Below, one piece after another: positions 56,357 through 64,000 of a stretch of DNA of 64,000 nucleotides; within the stretch, counting starts at the first letter, position 1; every line of letters starts with the position of its first letter. The stretch is from NCBI GenBank assembly GCA_038245295.1, contig JBBRSP010000008.1, forward strand, positions 128,001 to 192,000, written 5' to 3'. Position numbers and translations under genes: made by a program. The stretch comes from Candidatus Binatia bacterium. Its GTDB lineage: Bacteria; Desulfobacterota; Binatia; HRBIN30. The notes under the pieces were generated by a model. The model had not been told where the DNA came from. It saw only the letters and a program-made list of their open reading frames with translations, and did no database searches.

Positions 56357-58548
56357 GGAGCCCGCTTTCCGCTCAGCGACCAGAACCGCTTGTATTCGAG
56401 CAGGCGCAGGCCGCGTACCTTGCCAAGCACGACGTCGACGACGATGGCCGCAACCAACAGCTCGGGGAAGGTCAGCAGCACCGACTGTAAGTCGCCCGCT
56501 TCCACGACGAGGTTGCAGAGTGCCGCGAGCATCAGGGTGTTGAGGGTGAGGCGCACAGCTTCGCGCGTGCCGAACTCGGCGCGCGACGAGGTGAAGTTCT
56601 CGATCATGTTCGACATGATCACCATGGGGAAAATGCTGACGTTCATCAGCGGGCCAATGCCGAAATAGGCGCCGAGCACGGTGAGGCCGGCCATGATTCC
56701 GGCGACCACGGCGATCAGAATGGCGAGGCGCGCGACGAGTTGCAGGCGCACATGTTGCAAGAGCGTGCGCACCGTCGCGCCGACGCCGACAATCACGGCA
56801 AAGATAGCGACGCCCCAACGCAGACCGGTCGTCAAGAAGGCCAGCGAGACAATGACGGGTGAGAAGACGCCGAAGGTTTCGATGCCGACCACGGTGCGCA
56901 GCACGACGACCATGGCGGCGATCACCGGCAAGACGAGAATCAGTGTCAGGGCCTGCAAGGGCACTTGCGCGCGAACGGCGCGTGCCCAGGCGCCGAGCAC
57001 ATGGCGGCGCCACGGGCTGAAGTCGGCGACGACGCGCGCATCGACGATCTCCGGCTGCAGGTCCCACTTGGCGCCTTCTTCTTCCATCGGAACCCCGTCG
57101 AGCACGTTGGCGCGCACCATCTCCCAGAGGCCGAGCATTCCGGCGGGGCGGTTGATCAGCACGACCTGACCGGCATCGATCAGGTGTTGCAAGACGCCGC
57201 CGAGCATCTGCCCGGCCGACCGTCGAAAGCGGCCGGCGACGACGATGCGCACGTCGCCGAGCTGCAGGTCCTGTTCGCCCAGAGCCAGCAGCCCATAGAG
57301 CCCGGCGTCGTCGTGTGTCGCCACGAGCAGCACATGGGCGTTGCGAATGAGCGTTAGGTTGTTGCTGATGAGACGCTGCAGATACTGCTCGCGAAAATAG
57401 CGGGATTCAAAAGGAGCATGCAGAATCACCAGGTCGATCTCCGCTTCGTGGGCTTCGCGTAGCATCCGTTCGGTTACGTCGTCGGCAATCGTCGAGTCGG
57501 CGATGACGACGACCGAAGCCACCGGCCGCTCGACGTATTCAGACAGGGTGCGTAACGTCTCGGTCCCGAGCACGGCAGGCGGACGCGCGGTGTGCGCCGC
57601 TGATGGGCGCGCGGCGGCAGGATCCTTGCGCACGCGATGCATGAGGAAGTCGTAGTCCACGCCGACGCTGCCGGAGTGGACGATCAGCGGCAGATCGTCG
57701 TGGTACAAGGCCAGATACTGATTCGGAATCCAGCCGAAGTAACCGCCACCGGGATCAATCGGGATCCAGCGGCCGCCGGCGTAGATCTCAACCCAGGCCG
57801 TCGTGGCGCGCTTCTTCTTCGCGTCTTCGAGCTTCAGGCCGCCGACCAGCCGGGCTGGGATATGGCTGGCACGCAGTAGGGCCACGAGCAGACGCGCCTT
57901 GCCTGTCGAGTTGCCACTGCCGTTGTGCAGGACGGTAAGAGCATCCTGGCGTGCTTCACCCGGGCCGGTGCGCACGAAGGCGGCGACGTGTTGGAAGAGC
58001 GCCCAGGCGACGGCGTCGAGGGTCTGCGCATCGCCGATCAGACTCTCCGCAACGGCGCGCAGCTTAGGATCGTTGCTCTGCATCAGCGGCGACGGTTGAA
58101 GCGAGGTGGGATCCGTCTCCGGAGCAACAATCTCATTCAGAGGTAACGCGGGCACCGTGTCGGTCGAATCGGCGACCGCCGCGGTGAAGTCGACGCGCAG
58201 GTCGGCGGCTTCCGCACCGCGCTGTCGGAAGACACCCCACAAATTGGCATTCGACGTTTCCTCGCGGAACTCGAACGTCGGTGCGTCGACGTGACGCTCG
58301 AGCATCATCTGTCGGGAGTCGGAGAGCGGCAGGAGCACCTGAACACGGCTGCCAGGCGAGTCCCCCTTCAGCTTGAGGAGCAACTGAACGCGCCAGTACG
58401 TGGTTTGTGGTGAGGTGGGTCGTTCGCGCGGCGCGGCAACGTCACCGCCGCCGGTGAACACTTCCGTGCGCGGCGTCGCGGTCGGGTGAACTTGCGGCGT
58501 GGCAGTCGCGGCCAACAGCCACACCGTGAGACCGGTGAGCCAACGCAT
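56344..58548 (-). CDS. Inactive transglutaminase fused to 7TM domain, with an extra inserted domain
   Basis: Signal peptide; TGase core (ARLLVALLRA..IPARLV.G; AWVE.Y..GRWIPIDP) lacking catalytic Cys and His; 7TM part with GIETFGVF.P, FPMVI...IE, GLRLLEY.RF. Confidence 0.88.
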   Translation of the reverse strand: MRWLTGLTVWLLAATATPQVHPTATPRTEVFTGGGDVAAPRERPTSPQTTYWRVQLLLKLKGDSPGSRVQVLLPLSDSRQMMLERHVDAPTFEFREETSNANLWGVFRQRGAEAADLRVDFTAAVADSTDTVPALPLNEIVAPETDPTSLQPSPLMQSNDPKLRAVAESLIGDAQTLDAVAWALFQHVAAFVRTGPGEARQDALTVLHNGSGNSTGKARLLVALLRASHIPARLVGGLKLEDAKKKRATTAWVEIYAGGRWIPIDPGGGYFGWIPNQYLALYHDDLPLIVHSGSVGVDYDFLMHRVRKDPAAARPSAAHTARPPAVLGTETLRTLSEYVERPVASVVVIADSTIADDVTERMLREAHEAEIDLVILHAPFESRYFREQYLQRLISNNLTLIRNAHVLLVATHDDAGLYGLLALGEQDLQLGDVRIVVAGRFRRSAGQMLGGVLQHLIDAGQVVLINRPAGMLGLWEMVRANVLDGVPMEEEGAKWDLQPEIVDARVVADFSPWRRHVLGAWARAVRAQVPLQALTLILVLPVIAAMVVVLRTVVGIETFGVFSPVIVSLAFLTTGLRWGVAIFAVIVGVGATVRTLLQHVRLQLVARLAILIAVVAGIMAGLTVLGAYFGIGPLMNVSIFPMVIMSNMIENFTSSRAEFGTREAVRLTLNTLMLAALCNLVVEAGDLQSVLLTFPELLVAAIVVDVVLGKVRGLRLLEYKRFWSLSGKRAPWNS

Positions 58549-58632
58549 GTGACGATGGCTGTACCAGCGGCGACAGGGGCCTTCAAGCAAGCAGTCGGCG
58601 GAAGGGTTGCGGGTAGGGGTTTGCACCGGCTC

Positions 58633-58659
58633 CGCAGGCTGAAGCCTGCGCCTACCCGT
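58633..58659 (-). repeat. GTAG REP-like palindrome
   Basis: cgcaggctgaagcctgcgcctacccgt; same family as 5760-5786. Confidence 0.7.
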
Positions 58660-58740
58660 CGGTGCAATTGCTCCGACGCGACGAACAGGATAACCACGGC
58701 GGTCGCGAGCACTTCCGAGTCGTTCACAGAGGAGCAGTAG

Positions 58741-59889
58741 ATGACGCCAGCTGATGTCCGTGAAGAAGTTCTTTCCACCGTGCGCCGTTTTGTCGACCGC
58801 GAGGTGATGCCGGTCGCCAGCGGGCTCGAGCACCGCAACGAGTATCCCACCGCGCTGGTCAAACGCATGAAGGAGCTCGGTCTGTTCGGTGCGACGATTC
58901 CGCAGGAGTACGGCGGACTCGAGCTCGACGTGACAACCTACGCGATGGTGGTCGAAGAGCTCTGCAAGGGCTGGATGAGTTTGAGCGGCGTGCTCAATAC
59001 GCATCTGATGCTGGCCTTCATGCTGCGCATGCACGGCAGCGAGGAGCAGAAGCAGTGCTACCTGCCGGGAATGGCGCGTGGTGATCACCACGGTGCACTG
59101 TGTCTCACTGAGCCACATGCCGGCAGCGACGTGCAGCGTATCCGCACGACGGCGGTGCGACGCGGCGACGACTACGTGTTGAACGGCAGCAAGATGTTCA
59201 TCACCAACGCGCGCAGCGCCACGCTGTATGCGATTGCCGCCAAGACCGATCCGAAGATCGATCCGCCGTACAAGGGCATGACCATGTTCGTCGGCGAGAA
59301 GGGACCGGGGCTGACGGTCAGCCGCGACATCGACAAGCTCGGTTACAAAGGCATTGAGACCTGCGAAGTGAATTTCGAGGACTACCATGTTCCGGCGGCC
59401 AACTTGATCGGCGGCAAAGAGGGGCAGGGCTTCTTTCAGGTGATGAGTGGACTTGAGGTAGGGCGGATCAATATCGCCGCGCGCGCCGTTGGTGTGGCCA
59501 CGGCGGCGTTCGAGTGTGCCATCAAATATGCGCAGCAGCGCGAGACCTTCGGCAAGCCGATCGCCGAGCACCAGGCGATTCAGCTGAAGCTTGCGGACAT
59601 GGCGACCAAGGTCGAGGCGGCTCGCCTACTCACCTACACCGCGGCCGCCAAGAAGGATCGTGGCGAGCGCTGCGACCTCGAAGCCGGCATGGCCAAGCTG
59701 TTCGCGTCGGAGACCTGCCTCGAAGTGGCGACCGAAGCGATGCGTATTCTTGGTGGTTACGGCTACACCGCCGAGTTCCCCGTCGAGCGTTACTTCCGCG
59801 ATGCGCCGCTAATGATCATCGGCGAAGGCACCAACGAGATCCAGCGACTGGTCATCGCCAAGAACCTGCTGCAGAAGTACAAAATCTGA
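58741..59889 (+). CDS. Acyl-CoA dehydrogenase
   Basis: LTEPHAGSD, NGSKMFITN, KLGYKG, RETFGKPI, GGYGY, IGEGTNEIQR. Confidence 0.96.
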   Translation: MTPADVREEVLSTVRRFVDREVMPVASGLEHRNEYPTALVKRMKELGLFGATIPQEYGGLELDVTTYAMVVEELCKGWMSLSGVLNTHLMLAFMLRMHGSEEQKQCYLPGMARGDHHGALCLTEPHAGSDVQRIRTTAVRRGDDYVLNGSKMFITNARSATLYAIAAKTDPKIDPPYKGMTMFVGEKGPGLTVSRDIDKLGYKGIETCEVNFEDYHVPAANLIGGKEGQGFFQVMSGLEVGRINIAARAVGVATAAFECAIKYAQQRETFGKPIAEHQAIQLKLADMATKVEAARLLTYTAAAKKDRGERCDLEAGMAKLFASETCLEVATEAMRILGGYGYTAEFPVERYFRDAPLMIIGEGTNEIQRLVIAKNLLQKYKI

Positions 59890-59903
59890 ACTTTCTGCTG
59901 TCT

Positions 59904-60003
59904 TTGCCCGGAGCGCGGCACTCCGTGCCGCCCCTGGGGTGCACGCCGTCTTGCTTGCATCGTTTCCGGAGTAGGGCGCCGCGGAGCGGCGCGCTCCGGG
60001 CAA
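59904..60003. repeat. Inverted pair of 30-bp hairpin elements (GGAG-type REP-like)
   Basis: ttgcccggagcgcggcactccgtgccgccc ... gggcgccgcggagcggcgcgctccgggcaa, 26/30 complementary. Confidence 0.75.
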
Positions 60004-60019
60004 CCTCGACCCAGCACCT

Positions 60020-60835
60020 TCAGTGCAGCGGCGTTGCGAGATTCTCGCGTAGTAGGACGTAGAAGCGTGGCGAGAACAGCATCATGTTGTGACCAATGCC
60101 GCTGACCTGGATGTTGAACGCCTCGGGGTAGCGGGCATTGGTCCACGGCAAGATCATCGCGTCGAATGTCGAGTACAGGGCAATCACGTCGTATTGGAAC
60201 GGCACGCGATCGAGCGCGTTGAGCTGATTGATCAGCGCTGAGCCGGGCGCCAGGCGTTTCTGCCACGGGCTGCGCGGTGCGGCCAGCAAGGTGCCGTAGT
60301 GTGGTGTCCCGAGGGTGACCAAACGTCGCACCGACGGGATGCGATGGCGGCGCGCCAAGTAGCGAATTACCAGACCGCCGAGGCTGTGACCGATCAGTGT
60401 CAGCGGTGCGGCTTGCGGTCCAAGTCCATCGAGGAAGGCCTTTAGCTGCTCAGCGGCCGTCTCGACGTCAGCGCTCAGCGACGGATATTCGAACGCATAA
60501 ATCGGCCCGAAGCCGTCGCGCGCCAGCCGGCGTCGCATCCACCACCAGCACCCGCGATTGAGGCTCCAACCGTGAACGAGGACCAAAGGGCCTCTGGGGC
60601 GTGTCTGCATATCGCGGGGCGATAGGAACCAGCCGGCCGGGACGAGCGCCACGACCGCGATGGCGGCGAACACCTCAGCCACAAACGCGGCACCGGCAGC
60701 GAACAAGCCCAAGGGCGGCTCCTCGTCGCAGGCGGCGAGCTGGCGCCATGTCCAGGCGCGCGCCACGTAAGTCGCGATCGTGAAGAGGGTTACGATCACG
60801 GCGACGAGGATGAGTGCGTTGACAACGAGGTGCAT
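60020..60835 (-). CDS. Membrane-anchored alpha/beta hydrolase (lipase-like)
   Basis: LVHG, GHSLGG, TLGTPHYG, D and GH triad residues. Confidence 0.9.
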   Translation of the reverse strand: MHLVVNALILVAVIVTLFTIATYVARAWTWRQLAACDEEPPLGLFAAGAAFVAEVFAAIAVVALVPAGWFLSPRDMQTRPRGPLVLVHGWSLNRGCWWWMRRRLARDGFGPIYAFEYPSLSADVETAAEQLKAFLDGLGPQAAPLTLIGHSLGGLVIRYLARRHRIPSVRRLVTLGTPHYGTLLAAPRSPWQKRLAPGSALINQLNALDRVPFQYDVIALYSTFDAMILPWTNARYPEAFNIQVSGIGHNMMLFSPRFYVLLRENLATPLH

Positions 60836-60920
60836 GGTTCGACGAGTAGCGCAGGTGATGTTCGGCAGACAACCGCCCGCCCGTGTCGCCCCATCGCCGA
60901 GCGCCTGCTATGTTTTACGG

Positions 60921-63533
60921 ATGGAAGTTTCCGCAGTCCGCCACCAGCCGAGCGATCTGCTGAGCGAGCCCGGTGCCCTGAACCGGTTGGGTTTCCTGCC
61001 GAACTGGATCTGCCAGCGCTTCTTGTCACAGGTGCGTATCGACCCCGGCGCGATAGAACACATTCGCGGCTTGGCGCAGCGTGGCAGCATCGTCTACGTG
61101 ATGCGCTATCGCTCGCTGGTCGACTACATGTTGATCGCCTTCACGTTGTTGCGCGAAGGGTTGCCGCTGCCGGCGTTTGTTTCAGACATTCCGAGTCTCC
61201 TCTTGCACCCGGTGAGCGAAATTCTCTCGACCTTGTGGCACCGCCTGCGCTCGGCGCGGGCGCTCGGCGGTACCCTGCGGCACCAGGATGATCGTGATCG
61301 CTGTCAGCGCTTGGTCCGTGGTGGACGACCGATCCTGGTGTTCATGCGCAGCCGAGCCCCGCGGCTGCGTTTCTTCGGCAGTCGGCGTGTCGCGTTGCAG
61401 CGTGTGCGCAGCGGCACCGACTACATGCGCGAGATCGTCCATGCGCGCGGTGGCGGTGACCATGAAGTGTTTCTGGTTCCGTTGGCGGTGTTGCGCGGCC
61501 GTGGGTACCAGCGCAAGGAATCGCGCCTGGCCACCTTCGTCTACAGCGTCCAGGAGGCGCCGGGCGAGATGAAGCGGTTGTTATCGATGCTTTGGAATGC
61601 CCGCGACACCAGCATCACCGTCGGCAAACACGTCGAGCTCGGTGAGTTCATCGAGCAGCATCGCGACGAGGGAGAAGAGCGTATCGTCCGCCGCTTGTCA
61701 CGCGCCCTGCAGGTGTTCCTCTATCGCGAAGAGAAGGTCGTTTGGGGGCCGACCCTGCTGCCGAAGCAACGCGTGCGACAGATGGTGTTGCAGACCGACG
61801 AGCTGTCGGCGCTGGTGCGCCAGTTGTCGCGCGAGAGCGGCGAGCCCGAATCGAAACTGTGGAAGACGGCCGAGCGCTACTTCGACGAAATGGCCGCCAA
61901 CTATCAGGGCAGCTATTTTGCGATCCTCGAGTTCCTGTTCAGTCGTGTCTGGCCACGCGTCTTCCAGGGGTTCGACTATCGCGGGCTCGACAAAGTAATC
62001 GAGCGGATCAAAGACGATCCGGTCGTTCTGGTGCCGTGTCACCGATCGCACTTCGACTACCTCATCCTGTCGTACCTGTTTCACGTCAATTACCTGAGCC
62101 CGCCGCACATCGCGGCCGGGGTCAACCTGTCGTTCTGGCCGCTTGGTCCGCTGTTCCGCGGCGCCGGTGCCTACTTCATCCGTCGAACCTTCGAAGGCAA
62201 TCCGCTCTACAAGACGGTGTTCCGCAACTACCTGACGTTCCTGATTCGCGAGGGCTACACGCAGGAGTTCTTCATCGAAGGCGGCCGCAGCCGCACCGGC
62301 AAGATCCTTACCCCGAAGCTCGGCATGCTCTCGGCGATCGTGAATTCCTTCGTGGATGGTGTGCGACGCGACCTGTACTTCGTGCCGGTGTCGATCCAGT
62401 ACGGCCGAGTCGCCGAGGAAGAGTCGTACAAACGGGAGCTGATCGGCGCGGAGAAAGAGAAGGAATCGTTGTGGGCGTTGTTGAAGGCGCGGTCGGTGCT
62501 GCGACAGCAGCGCGGTACTGTCTACGTGACCTTCGCCGATCCGATTTCACTGGGCGAAGCCCTGGGGCAAAACAAGGACCGCTTTCGCGAACCCGGCGGC
62601 GATCGTAACGTCGAGCAGGAGAAGCGGCGTTTCATCCAGAAACTCGGCTTCCGCATTTTGCGAGACGTCAATTCCGCCAGTTTGGCTGGGGCGACGTCGG
62701 TGACATCCACCGTGCTTCTGTCGTCGCCCCACGCGGCATGGCGGTACGCCGACTTCCTGGCGGCGGCACAGTCACTGGTGGAGTATCTGAAGAGCTCGGC
62801 GGTGACGCTGACACCATCCCTGGAGCGCAATGCCGACGACTTCCTCGAGAACCTGAACTTCCTCGAGAAAGGCGGCCTCGTGCAGCGCGTATCCGGCGCC
62901 GAGGCGATGATCCATCTGCCTTCCGAAAAGCGCATGACGCTGGATTTCTACAAGAACAACACGATTCACTTCTACCTCTTTCCGGCCTTGGTGATTCGAG
63001 CGCTGCGCCAAGGTGTGCCGGTCGCCGACGTCAACGCCGACGTCGGCTGGTGGCTCGAGCTGCTGCGCTGGGAGTTCGCCCTGCCGGAGCGCAGCGCCTT
63101 TCCCGCCGAGGTCGACAAGGTCTTGGCGTACTTGCGCGACCATGGGGCACTGGACGATTCGGTGATCGACACGACGCAGCCCTTCGTCCGGACGCTAGGA
63201 GGGCTGCTCGACAATTTTGCCGAGGCCTACTGGGTGATGGCGCGCGCGGCGGTGAGCTTGCCGGAGGCAGGCATGACCGTGAAGCAGTTCACCGAGTCGG
63301 TGCGCAAACGATTTGCCGCGAGCCTGTTGTTGGGCGAGGTCAAGCGTCCCGAGGGCAACTCCACCGTAACCTATGAAAACGCTCTCAATCGATATGCGGA
63401 GGTCGGTTGGCTGCAGTTGGAAGGGAAGGGGCGCAGCCGTGACCGCCAGGTTCGGCGCGGCCCGCGCTGGAGCGAGTTGGCCGACGTGGAGCGTCGTCTG
63501 TTCACGGCGCTGCAAGCTAGCGCGCGAAATTAG
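60921..63533 (+). CDS. plsB: Glycerol-3-phosphate acyltransferase
   Basis: PCHRSHFDY (HX4D), AGAYFIRR, FFIEGGRSRTGK, PKLGML. Confidence 0.9.
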   Translation: MEVSAVRHQPSDLLSEPGALNRLGFLPNWICQRFLSQVRIDPGAIEHIRGLAQRGSIVYVMRYRSLVDYMLIAFTLLREGLPLPAFVSDIPSLLLHPVSEILSTLWHRLRSARALGGTLRHQDDRDRCQRLVRGGRPILVFMRSRAPRLRFFGSRRVALQRVRSGTDYMREIVHARGGGDHEVFLVPLAVLRGRGYQRKESRLATFVYSVQEAPGEMKRLLSMLWNARDTSITVGKHVELGEFIEQHRDEGEERIVRRLSRALQVFLYREEKVVWGPTLLPKQRVRQMVLQTDELSALVRQLSRESGEPESKLWKTAERYFDEMAANYQGSYFAILEFLFSRVWPRVFQGFDYRGLDKVIERIKDDPVVLVPCHRSHFDYLILSYLFHVNYLSPPHIAAGVNLSFWPLGPLFRGAGAYFIRRTFEGNPLYKTVFRNYLTFLIREGYTQEFFIEGGRSRTGKILTPKLGMLSAIVNSFVDGVRRDLYFVPVSIQYGRVAEEESYKRELIGAEKEKESLWALLKARSVLRQQRGTVYVTFADPISLGEALGQNKDRFREPGGDRNVEQEKRRFIQKLGFRILRDVNSASLAGATSVTSTVLLSSPHAAWRYADFLAAAQSLVEYLKSSAVTLTPSLERNADDFLENLNFLEKGGLVQRVSGAEAMIHLPSEKRMTLDFYKNNTIHFYLFPALVIRALRQGVPVADVNADVGWWLELLRWEFALPERSAFPAEVDKVLAYLRDHGALDDSVIDTTQPFVRTLGGLLDNFAEAYWVMARAAVSLPEAGMTVKQFTESVRKRFAASLLLGEVKRPEGNSTVTYENALNRYAEVGWLQLEGKGRSRDRQVRRGPRWSELADVERRLFTALQASARN

Positions 63534-63695
63534 GGTGGCTGTTGAAAGTATTAGGAGAATCTCGGTGCGCGCGGCGCAGAGGGCTGTTGACGAGCGAGCG
63601 CATGGCGTGAGAGAAACCGGCCCGTCAGAGTTACAGTTGAAGCATGCCGGGGCAGCGGTGGCGCGACCGGTTGAACGGCAGGCGAGGCGTGAAGC

Positions 63696-64000
63696 ATGGC
63701 GCTAGACGAGCTTGGGCTCGAGCAGCGGGTGGAACAGACAACCCGTGATCTCGTGCAAGCCATCAATGATGGCGATCCGGAGATGCGTCTGACGCTACGT
63801 GAACTGGCGGTTGGGATCCTGCGCGACGAAGTGTTCGTTCCGGACCGTTCGACCGCGCCTGCCGGAGTGGGCGGCCAGGGTACGTTCAATGCGTTCGGGG
63901 TTGGTATTCCGCTGGTGTTGATGGGCTCGGTTCTGATCTTCCTGTTCCCGTTGCTTGGGCTCGTGATGTTTGCGGGTGCGGCCTTGATGATTGCTTGGGG
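63696..64000 (+). CDS. Hypothetical membrane protein (3'-partial)
   Basis: MALDELGLEQRVEQ... open to the window end with a hydrophobic C-terminal stretch. Confidence 0.6.
   Translation, partial: MALDELGLEQRVEQTTRDLVQAINDGDPEMRLTLRELAVGILRDEVFVPDRSTAPAGVGGQGTFNAFGVGIPLVLMGSVLIFLFPLLGLVMFAGAALMIAW

Noticed and set aside
56357..57067. N-terminal extension of the ATP-grasp ORF
   Set aside because: Off-frame overlap with the 7TM gene; family similarity starts near GTG 56356.
58549..59571. N-terminal 340 aa of the 1075-aa ORF 56344..59571
   Set aside because: Antisense shadow of the acyl-CoA dehydrogenase; the real gene most likely starts at 58548 with a signal peptide.

Overview
High-GC bacterial window. 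Some accessory gene families resemble those of Candidatus Binatia, but that taxonomy is only an inference. The centre is a ~25.5 kb putative island (about 20,785-46,275). It is bounded by an intact tRNA-Ser(TGA) and a decayed direct copy of the tRNA's 5' half that ends exactly at the anticodon loop. No integrase is visible. The island carries a complete alternative complex III (cyt c, actABCDEF) plus caa3-type A1 oxidase operon, flanked by an NnrR-like Crp/Fnr regulator and nnrS. An identical TTGCG-N4-CGCAA box precedes both this operon and a stand-alone FixL-like PAS gene. Oddities in the operon: ActB keeps an FS0 four-Cys motif, actF reads in frame into coxB, and oxidase subunits I and III are fused. 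Left of the island are membrane GT-C-like genes, a sulfatase/sulfotransferase pair, a tannase-family esterase lacking the CS-D-HC cysteines, and a decaying accessory block with two unannotated small membrane proteins. Right of it are core genes (lon, glgA, acyl-CoA dehydrogenase, plsB) and a cluster of inactive-transglutaminase-7TM, ATP-grasp, CPBP protease and GT-C genes. Several REP-like and octamer repeat families occur outside the island. All calls come from reading motifs by eye; no searches were run.
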